A program made the position numbers and the translations under genes. A DNA stretch of 63,996 bases, the filler included, from Perkinsus olseni (lineage: Eukaryota), in NCBI GenBank assembly GCA_013115125.1. It is 3 parts of 3 records of this genome, joined end to end, with 100 filler letters (N's around TTAATTAATTAA, not from the genome) between each part and the next. Parts side by side here need not be neighbours in the genome. Positions count along the whole stretch, not along the records: positions 44,798 to 63,996 come from JABANN010000602.1; 2 more parts are not named here. One strand, written 5' to 3'. A model generated the notes under the pieces. It did no database searches. It saw nothing but the letters and a program-made list of their open reading frames with translations, and had not been told where the DNA came from. Shown piece after piece: positions 48,772 through 60,633 of this stretch (position 1 is its first letter; every line of letters starts with the position of its first letter).

Positions 48772-50582
48772 TGATCCTTGAAAGCAAAAGGCCTGACCCT
48801 GAACTTCTCCTTTAGTTGAGCGTCCTCACCCACCTTCGCTATCACTGCTTTGCCCTTGGCCTCGTCGTTATATCCCACAACAGCCCCTACGACCCTACCA
48901 AACCGTTGGTCCTGCCCTTTCCCTTTGCTGCGCAGAGGCTTCCAGTCATCTGGCTGGAAAGTCGATTTGATCTCCTGCTCATCAAGCTGTCGGACAGTGA
49001 CAACGAAAGAAGCTTTGAATCCCCTCGCCCACGACTCCAAGGACTGCTTTGGTGGTCTTGTCGAAGATGCTGCGCCCTTTCCTGGTGGTGCACCGCCGGT
49101 CCCAGAAACCTGCGAGTTCGTCGTCTGAGCTACCCAGGCCACCCTATCTGCCTCCCTCCGCGATGTGTCCTCCGCTGTTCGACTGACGTCCCGGATGATA
49201 TCCACTACTGTGATATCCCCGCCGCCTCCCTGCACCTCCGGGGAGAAAGACAGAAGTGTCTCCCAGTCCTCCTCGCCCACGTCCCTGTACGACCCCCGCT
49301 GCAACCGTGCTTCCCGTTTCACCTCCGATATGACCCTCTCTGCAATACCACTCGGCAATGTGTCTACTATCCCTCTGATGACCCTCCACGTTTCACTGTT
49401 GTCCCTGTACGCCGTGGCACAACGAAGAACAATGGACTCGGCCGCATCCAGGAACTGATCTACCTTCCCTGGACCCCCATAGCTGAGCTTTGCTAGGGAC
49501 TCCCTAATGTTGCTAATTATTGCCGATCTTTTACAGAATCTACACCGAAGCTGTTCCTTGACCCTCTCCCAACAGTATCTAGACCTCTGAGCGGCCCTCT
49601 TAGCGCAGTCCCTAACTGCGCCCGACGGGAGAGTTGTCAGCAACTTGCCAACACAGGCCATCCTGATGTCCTCACGCAAGACGAAAGTAAGCTGCCCCTC
49701 ATTCCCTTTTACATAGCTACCAGCTCCGGACTCCTCCAAAATGCCTTCTACTACCTCAAGGTGAGAGTCGAGGTCGAGGACATCCTCACACTCCGGCAAC
49801 GCTAACTTCGATACCCCTTGCGTGTTGATTCCCGACCTGACCCCCCTTCGTGTGTTCTCCCTCTGGCCCACACCCGCGTGCTCCCTAGCCTTATGTGTGT
49901 GACTCCGTGGCACTGGCATTTCAGCTAACGATCTAGGGGACGCCTTCACGACTACTACGCTAGCGCGCTGATCCTCCCCCTTACCTGGGACTGTCCTTGA
50001 GTCTCTCGTTTTATCCTTGTCCTCGTGCTCGTCGTCGTTTGCTTTCTGCTTGTCCTCGTGCTCGTCGTCCGACTGATTGGCTCCTCCATCTGATGCCAGC
50101 GATAGGTAACCTTCTGAGGTAGAGGTACCACCCCGAATACGGTCAGTAACCGAGAAAACAGACTTCGACGAACTGGAACGATACTGTTCCTTGCCTATCT
50201 TGGAAACGACTTCCTGCCGGAGCTGTTGAAGCTCCGCAATGTCCTGCTCTGCTCGTCGGAGCTGGTCGTGAAGTAGGCTCTCTTTCGTTTCCAATGCCTG
50301 CAGCTCGTCCGTAGTCTTCTGGCCCTCCGGTACTATGATACATTCCATAGCCGCCTGGACCTCTTGTATCTTGCCACGTAATCTGCCTCGTAGGACTCTC
50401 CTCTTCGTGAGCTCTTTCTTGTATGACTCCTCATCCTTTAGTAGTGCTCCCATGACACTGTCATCCGTGTCAGACTTGCCGTCCACATCCTCATTCTTGG
50501 GAGTTGGGTCGTCACCAGCTGTCACCATGTTGGGTTTGACCGACTCGTCGGTCTTGGACGGATCGTCAACGCGACTACTCAT
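48747..50582 (-). CDS. gag: gag-like ORF1
   Basis: 611-aa intronless ORF upstream of pol, with an N-terminal coiled coil and a capsid-like WERVKEQLRCRF segment. Confidence 0.75.
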   Translation of the reverse strand: MSSRVDDPSKTDESVKPNMVTAGDDPTPKNEDVDGKSDTDDSVMGALLKDEESYKKELTKRRVLRGRLRGKIQEVQAAMECIIVPEGQKTTDELQALETKESLLHDQLRRAEQDIAELQQLRQEVVSKIGKEQYRSSSSKSVFSVTDRIRGGTSTSEGYLSLASDGGANQSDDEHEDKQKANDDEHEDKDKTRDSRTVPGKGEDQRASVVVVKASPRSLAEMPVPRSHTHKAREHAGVGQRENTRRGVRSGINTQGVSKLALPECEDVLDLDSHLEVVEGILEESGAGSYVKGNEGQLTFVLREDIRMACVGKLLTTLPSGAVRDCAKRAAQRSRYCWERVKEQLRCRFCKRSAIISNIRESLAKLSYGGPGKVDQFLDAAESIVLRCATAYRDNSETWRVIRGIVDTLPSGIAERVISEVKREARLQRGSYRDVGEEDWETLLSFSPEVQGGGGDITVVDIIRDVSRTAEDTSRREADRVAWVAQTTNSQVSGTGGAPPGKGAASSTRPPKQSLESWARGFKASFVVTVRQLDEQEIKSTFQPDDWKPLRSKGKGQDQRFGRVVGAVVGYNDEAKGKAVIAKVGEDAQLKEKFRVRPFAFKDQGNDKGRM

Positions 50583-50610
50583 GAAGAGGGGAGAGCAAAA
50601 ACAGAATACA

Positions 50611-50632
50611 CTTGAGCCAAGATGGCTACGGT
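50611..50632 (-). other. Complete Perkinsus-type spliced-leader exon sequence (22 nt)
   Basis: The minus strand reads ACCGTAGCCATCTTGGCTCAAG and is followed by TGTATT, not by the GT donor of an SL RNA gene. Confidence 0.9.
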
Positions 50633-50894
50633 CCGCATTGCATGCTCCTAACTAATTAGCTACAATGGGAACTCAATCATATACTCTTAACATAATAGAT
50701 ATACTTCTCATGCTGGATCTCCTTGGAGCTTTTCGCGCACGCCCAAAAATAGCCTCATCATTCGGTGCCGCGACATAAGCGGAGCGAACCGTTGCACCAA
50801 TACAAGGCGGGCGAAGGTAACACCAGTTCCTTCCACATACGCTGTGAAGCCGCCAACTGCGCAAGATCTTTGTAGAGGTTGAGCCTTCCTGAAA

Positions 50895-53200
50895 ATGGCT
50901 GAGGCTCCCGCTAACACAACAGTCGAGTGGCTTCGAGATTATATCGTCCAGTGCATGCAGAGCCCTTCGTGGACGGTGGGAGGAGAGACGGTCGCGACAG
51001 GCTGAGTGGCAGGCTAAAGTCAGATACCTTTGGGCGAATTTATTGACGAGCACTGCATGAAGTTCGAAGATACTCCTGAGAATAAGCTAGAATACACTCA
51101 AATTCACAGTCAGTTCCGAGATCTGGTGGATAGACTGTTGGAGGAACATCTGGCGGAGCTCAGTAAGTTGTACCCGACTGCTGTTACATTCAGTGTCTCG
51201 GTAGGTATCAACAGAGATCTCTTCGCCCAGGTCTTTTTGGATGCGGTAGACGAGGACGATGACTGTGGGATAGTCCTTCGGAGGTACGAAAAATGCGGCC
51301 TCTACAAGAGTCTTTTGAGCATGTCTTTGGCACGGCGAAGTTATACTGACATAATGATGGAATGCTCGAGCGCTGGCGACAAAGGCGTATCAGCAATAAT
51401 CTGGGCAGTGCGGCGACGTTAGGGGGAGTGCAGCTCTGAGAACACGTCTTCTTAACGCCCACTGCTTCCCGTATGCTCGATGTTCTTGGCAGGCTGATAG
51501 CGTCTGAAGACTTCCTTCACTTCAAGGAGTTGATGTTGAGTCGAAGACGAGAGCTTGAACAGGGAGGTTCGGGTAGTGCTATGCCGTGGAGTACTGCTTC
51601 TTCCATGGAAGCCCTTCAGGAGTCCATCAAGGAATAACAGCGAGTACACCAGACGAACATTCTGCTAGGTGAGCCGTGCCCACAGTAATTTTCGATGTTA
51701 TATCGATATTATAAAGTATCATTATTATGCTAATCTAGTATTATTAGGTTTAATGATATATAGAATGTCATATCAGCTTATGTACACTATTGATGCCCTG
51801 TACTATTGATATGAACCATATTGCTAATCAGTGATATATTGTTCTATGAATTAAGGAAACTATTTTGGCACTTACCTGGCGAGCGGACTATCAGTGACTG
51901 CCGTGGAGTGGCTCATTAGTACTCGCGACGCTACGATGGGAGGCATAGTCTCGACTTCTGCTCTTCTTCACAGTGAAAATGATGACGGAGATGGCGCTGA
52001 CGACGAGGAAGACCAACTGCTCCAAGAAGCATTACGGGAGAGCCTTCGGCTGGCGGATCAAGAAGAGGGTAGACGGGGTCTATTACTAATAGGCTATGAG
52101 GCGCTGCGTCGTTGCTTGCGGTCCGGCAAAGGCAACCATTAAATACCAAATACAACAGATCCAATCGACCTTGTCTAAAAATTGAAGAACTTAGGGGGTG
52201 AGGCATTCATAATTCGATCAGTGGCATCTAATAGCTCGGGCCCTGCTGAGGGCGCTTCAGAGTTTTGCCGGAACTGCAACTCTTGAGTCTGTTAGATAAG
52301 TTGATTTTCTCGTGGCGCTGTGAAGGGAGAGAGTATAACCAAAGCGAATACTGATTGTGCGTCTACATCCAATGCTCCTCTTTTCATCAGGTTTGCACAC
52401 ATCGGAAGAACAGGAGATCCAACGAGCTATCGAATTAAGCTTGTTGGAGCACCAAAATAACACTATCGAGGATGGTAACGAGAGAAGCCCATTACCACCC
52501 CTCAAAGAAGTCCGGTCCAAGCGTGTAGTTCCTCCGGACCCTGGGGGTGACAGTAAGAGATTAGACGCCGGCGCCTTGCGATGATCGCTCGTGAAGGTAA
52601 TTTTCCGGCGTCCATCGAGCCCGATAGGAACGTGGTAGACGATGCATCTGAAGTGGAGCCCACGAATGACAGTGGAACACTCAGCCGCGGAAGGCCGACA
52701 AAAGAGGAGATCGAAGGTGGGATGAGTATAGCCGCTACTCGTGGCTCATGGGGATTCTCGATTCTGTTGAGTGCCTCTTTCGTGTCGACTGCCAATATTC
52801 TGTTATGCGGTGCAAGTGATACTCCATCGACTTTTGACCTCAGCCCGGGCGGAGCATCTGCGACGGCAACGAGAGCTCTTTAACGCCAGGATGGCGAGCG
52901 ACGGCCAGAGGTATGGACTACAGCGACGAAGTTGTTCTACTCGAACACTAGGCAGCAATTCATGGCAGGCATGATCGGTCGATACCAAACGTCGTTGATG
53001 CATCAGTTGCCGAGACTCATTCATCTCCGCCAAACGGCATAGGGGAGAACGCGGAAGTATTCATTCGCTCGGGTTTTGGTTCTGCGCTGTCGCGACGTAC
53101 GTTTCGAAGTCAGGCCGACGATGATGGTATGAGAGGCTCAGACTTCCGCAAGCAACTGACGTCGAGCCTTATGAAAGCGCGGAGTCGCCAAGGAGAGTGA
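50895..53200 (+). CDS. CFAP36: CFAP36/CCDC104-like protein (ARL2-binding BART domain plus UIM-like motifs)
   Basis: SPSW, FIDEHCMKFEDTPENKLEYTQIHSQFRDLVDRLLEEHLAEL; UIM-like EEDQLLQEALRESL and EEQEIQRAIELSL; C-terminal PTKEEIE/ARAEHLRRQRE. Confidence 0.75.
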
Positions 53201-53364
53201 CGATTCATCATGTTCTTAATTATGTTTTTGGGTCCTTAACGAACGAGCCATTGAGTACATCGTTCGTGTGGGACGGGTTGTACTTATCTTTGATTCCAGT
53301 CGGGTGACTGTAGATCCTGTTTCGCGATGTCCGCCGGTCATTGGAGTAGCTCCTTCGGGAGATC

Positions 53365-53927
53365 TCACAAGGGTGAGAGCTTCGCTTTCATCTCGACGGC
53401 AGCTCTAATACTCTCGACGGTTGCTTCAGGTGTCACGGCAACTGAGGGAGAAATAGAATCGAGTTGGGCAGCTCTACTGGTACGATTGCTCTGTTGCGTA
53501 TAAAGTACTGGAACCGAGAATCGAACTCGGGACCTACTGCGTGTTAGGCAGTCGTCATAACCAACTACACCATTCCAGCGAGCAGTGACTAGTGTGGTCA
53601 GGCTGTGCATTTTCTCCGCCCGAGTATACCAGCGGTGAAGCTCTTCTGTCTTTAGGCCTCTGAGGAAGAGTCCAATCGGGTCAGAGAGACACAACGTGAG
53701 TGCCTAATAGAGTAACCCAGATGACTGAGGGAGTGCCAGCGTCGATGCAGGTTGGTGTACTCGTCACCGCCATAAGAAAGGAAAGAGGATTCCTGCCGTC
53801 CCAGCACATCGAAGATCGTGTCCTCAGCTGATATCACAGCCGCTGGTATGTACAGTTCGCTCACTTCTTCCGGGGGCTTTGCGATTCCGTCTTGCGAGAA
53901 GACCCATTCCGGCGTGAACTCTGCCAT
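53365..53927 (-). CDS. Hypothetical spliced protein hosting tRNA-Val
   Basis: ATG at 53927 (MAEFTPEWVFSQDGIAKPPEE) followed by a GTGAG donor and further open frames on both sides of the tRNA. No family recognised. Confidence 0.4.
53506..53579 (-). tRNA. tRNA-Val(AAC)
   Basis: GCTGGAATGGTGTAGTTGGTTATGACGACTGCCTAACACGCAGTAGGTCCCGAGTTCGATTCTCGGTTCCAGTA folds as a cloverleaf with anticodon AAC. Confidence 0.93.
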
Positions 53928-54142
53928 TGGCCTCTAACTCTCATCAGAATGCAGCTGCTGACGACAGGCGATGTAGTGTGAAGGCAGACTTCCAGCAACG
54001 GGGTACCCTGAAAGCCGTGTGGAGGCGGAAGTTGTTTGCCCATGATATCGAGGAACCACCGGTAACAATATTTATCACGTTCTTCGCCTGCGGGCCGAAA
54101 CTCACAGCTCGGGTTTTTTAGTCGTGGGAAGCGACAACCGCG

Positions 54143-57100
54143 GTGGAAAAGGACCGATGGGACCCTCAGCCCTTCCGATTACCCCGGTTAGAAACCCTGA
54201 GGGCCACTCTCCCTCGCGAACTTGCGAGCACCGATCAGGGCTACCCAAACTCTGTGAGTCTCTCCTTCTCTCTGCTGTCTGATGTTGGCGGTAGGTACTG
54301 GGATACTATAAATCGGTTAAGAAACAGGGAGATGAGGTGGTCGAAGCAGCCGCTAGGAATCCTGATGTGAGAGCACCATTGGTGTAATGAGGAATGTGTT
54401 TCCCAAGATACTCCGAGCTGTTCGCACAGTCGATGAGAGTGTGGCCAATCTACAACAGCTATTGCGGATGGAGACTGCTCCTGGCCTCCCTCAAGCCCCC
54501 GATAGATCACTTACCAAAGGCCTTCCTATGACATTACAAACATACATTCACACTCGCATGGGGTGATGCTAGCTGTCAAGTGAACATCGTGTTGGGTTCA
54601 TATTGGTGTCAATGTCAACACAAGGGCGGGGTCCCTGCTTCAGCCACATCTGCCCTCTGTCGTCGCGGCCCAGTAATAAACACATGTCACCGGCAATCGT
54701 AGATGAGGAAAAGGTGCTGCTCGAGGCTTTGGGGCGAAGAAGGGTATTCCAAGAGTGCCCTGAAAAATGCAGCCCGGATGAGGCACTCCAACGCGCTGCC
54801 GATATAATTGTGATACCAGTTATTCGATGTTCGGAGATCGGTGGCTCATTCAGGACCGCGAAAATGAGCGTATTACCTTAGAGTGGGAGCAACTCATACG
54901 TGAACCCGCCCTCCTTACCAGAGAGAGGCTGGCTTCGGAATGCGACAGACTGATGGGCGAGGCCTGCGTCGTCATTGAATTTGTTTTCCAACGGTACGAG
55001 CTAGCCTCCGTCGCACCTCGACCGAGCGACAATGGATGCGGCTTTTCATTGCATGCCACCTCATCTCAGAGCTGTACCATCTCCCAGCCTTCGAGATAGC
55101 CTCCATCTTGGTGTATTGGCAGCATCGGCTATCGTGTGTCGCATCGCTACCTCCTCCTACGAACGCTCTGCGCCCTGTGTCGCGGTCAGACATCTAGCAT
55201 ACACAATACGGGCAGTGGAAGCATGTATACCATTGAGGGATACCAAGTGATGATGGATATTATACGATAGGGCCAACATCACTCAGAACCTCGGCATTCA
55301 CTGTAGATACATCTTCTGGCTAGTACAACTGTATAGCCTCCTGTGCGCTTGTGTGGAGGCAAGCCTCCAGGACGGCGGGGCTCAGGAATGTTATCAGAAT
55401 GCATTGAAAGTGGCCAAGGAGGGAATTGAAAGCATCAGTAAACATCCTTGGCGGGGCGCGGCTCAGGCAGTTGGTTATCAGGTCTACTCCAGAAATTGGA
55501 GAATATGGCCCCGCCGGTCCCTGAGGATCGCCAGCGACTTATCAATGAGGCGCTGTTCATCGTGAAAGGCCTCCGAGCTAAGTACCTTTCTAAGCGGATA
55601 TCTCCGATGAATGATTGATCGATTGGCAAGATATGAGTTCTGGACGAACAGCCTTCTGAGCGGGAGTATCAACCCTGACTGCTGCTCGGATTTACAAGCA
55701 CATTGCGGTATTGACGATGGCGATAACCCCGCTCCTGTGAGAAGCACAAGCGTTAGGGTTGGTAGACTGTTTTCGCAGTAGATTTCCACAATCGACTTGC
55801 TTTTGGAAGTGCTCAAAGTTCCATCGTCGCTACTGACACCCAATGACTCGGAGAGGCGGGAAGGTACATCTGCTTGTTAGAAGAGGTTGAAACTGCTCTC
55901 TCCGGATACTAGATACTACTGATGGTGAAGACGCGGAGCGAGAGACAGACTTACTGCAAAGGCTGAGAGTTGAGTTTTTGAGACAGGTTGGTAAACTCAT
56001 CTGAGCATTACCATATCCATAGCATAAAGATTCTTCCTCCTGAAGGTTATAGATTATGCGTCGGTTCCTCTTGGCGTGATAGCTGATGTTTGCAAGGAAT
56101 ACGAAGAATTGATAAGCTCCAAGGTGAGATACTCGTGAGTGACTCTTTACATGAGCCTCACTTGGAGGGCTTGTCATCTGTGCAGGCCATTGGTACTGAA
56201 GATTCCGCAAGCGCTGAGGATGAAGGGCAGCCCAAAAATGCCGAAGGCAGCAGTAAAAGGAGCGAGGCGGTAGTTGCGTTATTCACCATTGTATCTCATC
56301 ATACTCACCACGACTGGCTGGCAACAATGGTGAAAGACTTCATCGCTCAGGCAGCCGCGGCCGCCGCGCTATCTATCGGTGCTCACGCCAGCCTCTTAGA
56401 GTTGACCTTCCGACTGCAGCTCCAAGATAAGTTCGATGAACTGTTGGAAGTGTTCAACCAGAGGCTCAAAGTACGAAACGGTTTCTCCTATGACGCGATG
56501 GTGCGCCAAGGCGCTACCTCAGTATCGTCACCTCATCGATCCACCGCTAGTCGCTGTCGACTCTCTAGTGACTCGAGGAGAAGAGAAGCCGGTCCCTCCT
56601 GCAGGATGGACTATCCTTACTGGAGACCTCAACAGGTCTGCTTATCACAGTGTGCCTCTCTATACCGCCTATGGCGCATCGTGTGTGGTGCACTCTCGCT
56701 CATTGTCCCAGACTTGGCTGTTCAGTGCATCATTTAGGTTCTCCACCAAGTGGAAACTTGGCTCTCTTGAAGTCAAGAAAACTGCTGCGGGAGAAGTAGT
56801 GAAGTGGGAGAGTGGGCAGCGAATGCAGTAAACTCATCATGGGAGTCCTCAGAACTTTTTGCAACTTGAACCCCTACCCACCGATAAAGAGTCTTCACCC
56901 TCGAACGAGACACCGGTTCATGTGTACTTAATCGGCCAGTACCTCAACCTTTGGGAGCTCGATAATCCGGAGCCCGGCGAAGGTGAGTTCGCATACTGCA
57001 GTGTCTCTATCATGACCAATCGAACAGCACGAAAGCCTTTCCGCCCGGCCGTGGGTCGGATATCCTGGTATGGCCTGCCTATTATGAACATCATACCTTA

Positions 57101-59103
57101 CAGGTTCAATACGTCGGATATGCAACGTGGGACTTGTATTCAGTCGAGAGGCACCAATGGATAGCAATGGTGTTCTCACGGAGCAGAAGGAAATACACTA
57201 CCTCACAGGCGGTAAGGTCGTTCCCCACAATGGATACTTATGCTCCTACGCAGCCGTCTACACAATCATATAAATTTACAACGTCACGGTTAAACAGTAT
57301 ATCATTGCCTGTCTATGAGAGTGCTATGCTGCATTTGATATTATGAAATCTGTAATCGGATCTGAGCCATGTAGGCGAGAGCGAGAAACAACTGGACAGA
57401 ACTATCCTAGGCAACAAAACTGGTCCGGAGCGGTAGACATGTTTCCTGCGCGTGCTGTTCTATGGTTTTCAAGATACTTCGTCGGAGAGGACTGCTTCGG
57501 CGGCTCTGCGTTTTCATTGCTTGCCTCTGCCGATTGACCTCGCCTCGGCTGAGGAAGTAAGTTCCACTCATCCGCTGGTTCAGTGTGAAGATTCCCCTCG
57601 ATGGTCTTAGCATAAAATCGTATCGGCCGTTGATATATCGAAACCGTACCTCTTCGCCACTCTCAGAATGAGCTAGCACCTTTCCTCATCTATTCCACGT
57701 ATGATGAGCCGTCTTGTGCGCTGGGTAGAGGACCTAGCCTCCATGCTCTCGACGATCTCGAGCTTACCACGAGCCCAATATGGGCACTCACTGACTTCTC
57801 AACTGGTTCGTTGCCCTCCCCCGAAGCTTCAGCAGACTCTTCCGGCCAGTCATGGTAAGAGGAATGCTTAGTGCGATAAGTTTCTTTGTAAGCGTCACAT
57901 GTTGTTCAGGTGTCAGATGAACAGCATAATAAGAGTTGATTTGAGGATGAGCGCCGCCGAGCACGTCAACTCGCCATTCCACCACCCAATCTACCTCGGT
58001 GCACGAATTGATCTCGATTGCGCGGTAGTTCAGTACAGGCGTGTTCGTCTTCTGAGCCTCGTGGGGACTGTGGACGCACACCCTGAGCAGCTCCCGATGG
58101 CTACAATCCAGCTGGCACGGCTCTTGGAGGGTGATTGCGGTGATGCTCTGATAGATTTTCATGAGCAGCTCGTGCTGGATGCTGCCATGTTACTCTGGCA
58201 TCGGCATTGCGCTCCGCACCTCCAGGATCTGAAAATGCAGGGATCTCGAACCTACGAGCAAACCAGTATCGGAATTCCTTTGTTGACAAGACTAGTTCAA
58301 GTTCTCTGTGCCTTACCGAGAAGATTGGATGATATTGCGTCAACGGTGGCGGAGATATGTCTCAGAATCGACCAGCTTGCTCCCGAGCATCAAGTATCCA
58401 CGTCCAGAAAGTGCTACAGTGCTTTGCGCGGAGCTTATGATATTCTCGCTTGGAACAGCGGACGAAGGAGCATTGAGGCCCAGCTGCATCGGGAAGTTTG
58501 AGAATTCGCATGAGGACGAGTGCGTGTGAGCTTCGTCCGAACGGCAATATTGAGTTGCATTGATGAGGGCCTGGCCAATTTGATGGGTGCTGGGATATGG
58601 CCATCCGCTGACAACGCTTGCGTGTCAGTGATGCGTGATGTGCGCGAGTGTCAGGAGTTGCATGATAAGACGCGGGTTAACTTTGAGCATCCTATCCCAG
58701 CTTACTCGTTGTGCAGCGCCGTGAGAATAAAGATACGCAGCTCGGATTCTTCGAGTTCTTGTTTCTACCCCAGACGCTCTCTTGGGGCATCCAGAACAGA
58801 ACGGCCTAGTAATGACTAGGATGTAGTAACTACTGGTCACTCCTCTTCTTTAGAGTGATGCATAATAATAGCTGCTGACCATTGTGGTTGATGGACAAAA
58901 CTGATCACCAGGATGGTCATTTGGTAGGTCGTAGGACAGTGCGGAAATGCTCGATACAAAAGAGGATGCGGCGTGCCGCACGCCGCGTGGGCGAGAATGC
59001 TCATCGCTCTCTGGGTGACCCAGGCTGGGCCTCCATAGTGATTATTCGACACGCGCTCGACAACTCAAGTCTCGTAGAGGAAGATGAGATTCACCGGTAT
59101 TGA
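54143..59103 (+). CDS. CFAP54-like cilia/flagella protein, partial or interrupted
   Basis: Exon string AVEACIPLRDTK/YIFWLVQLYSLLCACVE..ALKVAKEGIESI/LLQKLENMAPPVP resembles my recollection of the CFAP54 N-terminal domain; later LDAAMLLWHRHC. Boundaries are uncertain. Confidence 0.5.
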
Positions 59104-60633
59104 GACCCGAACACTATTAGAGCGCACAATTCTGACGATAGAGCGCTTTATAGGTCATCCCCGGAACGATTCACTACGTCTCTAATCTCTACAAGCGTCT
59201 AGGTCAGCGACGCACGTCAACTTGCTGGAATGGCCTAGACTAGACCGTTACGTAGCTGTTGCAGGTTAATACTATTCCGGGCCGGAATTTCCGGCCTCTA
59301 TTCAATCGATAGAGAAGAAGCCAGACTGAAACCCCAGGGCAATCAAAGTTTGTTTGATTCGAATGGAACCCAAACCAAGTTAGTGAAATCCCAAAGGAAT
59401 TCAATGAAGTCCGAACCTAATTCTCGAGGCCTACAAGTAATTTAGTCGGCACATAAAACGCCTCCGGAGTCTGCCTTACCCGGGTCTGGCGTTTAAACTG
59501 CCAGGTGCTGCTTCTGGAATGTGTTAAAGAGATCGAGACCTTGAAACGTCATTTAAGAAACTTGTTCATAGGGGCCTCTATGTAAAAGGTTTTAAAATGA
59601 CGTCAAAACATCATACCCTCGTTGCGGGGCTGAGAGATATACGCAGCCGGAGCCTGAATTGGAATGCCTACAGAGGACGGGATACCATCAGAATTCTCCG
59701 AAGTGATCACTGGTATCGCCCAATTGCTATGTGCTGTAGGATGTACAGGTCCAGTACACAGGGTATCCCTTATCCTTAGCTACTGCTAGTAATGTATTGT
59801 TCTTTTTATTCCTTCTCCTGTTGGATGATATTTCCTCCAATAAGTTGCATACTAGTGTTGTATCAATGGTAAAGGGATCTGTGGACCACAGACTGTGGTG
59901 TCGACTGGCTCAAAGGGTGACCAGAAGCGAGCCGCTTCGGTATTGACAATACCGTATCGTAGAGAGGGTCATTAGATGATCTAATTAGATTCTAATTTAG
60001 ATCGCGGAGGTTAAACCTCCGAGGTTTTCGGCTTCGCGGTTGAGCCAACAGCCCTTCCGTTGCTGAACTGAGTTCATTGGTAACAACGTCTGCGTCACAT
60101 GCAATAGGTAGCGAGTGTTTGGCTCGCACCGTCATTCGAATTTCGAATTTCGAATTCGAATGCATTACATCATAAGCCGCGTTGGATTGCTATGGCGTCT
60201 TCTGGTGGCACAGTTTCTGGCACAAACTTGCTGGCGACAGATACCGAAGCACCCAAACCTCATCTATGATTTTTTTGTAAATGTGTGATCTAGTTGTATG
60301 ATTCTCCGAGAATCGACCTCGCCTGGGGTGCGAGAAGTCTCGAGATAGATTCTCGGCTCAGCCCACGATAAGTCATTTCCCTGCTGAGCACGGCCTATAT
60401 GGCAGACAGGCTTCTCAGACCGCGGAGGTTACCGGGACCACTGAATGAAATAGCTTATCAGCGCGCTGGAATGGTCCCAACATTATTAAATTCTTTGTAT
60501 GAGCGTTTCTATGATCTGCATACAGGGGGCGAGAAGAGCTTAGCCATCATCACACGTATGGCAGTGCAGCGGATGGAAGTTAAAAGATGAAGCCGAGAAG
60601 ACGGATAGGAGCTTCGGCTTACTCCTGTCCGGA

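Larger units (their letters stand above)
45235..50632 (-). mobile_element. gag-pol (LTR-class) retroelement whose 5' end is a spliced leader; 3' end unresolved
   Basis: SL, a 28-nt leader, ORF1 (611 aa) and an overlapping -1-frame ORF2 (PR-RT-RH-INT). No 5' LTR is visible. Confidence 0.9.

Noticed and set aside
50540-50632. SL RNA gene
   Set aside because: The SL is followed by TG rather than the GT donor, and leads directly into the gag ORF.
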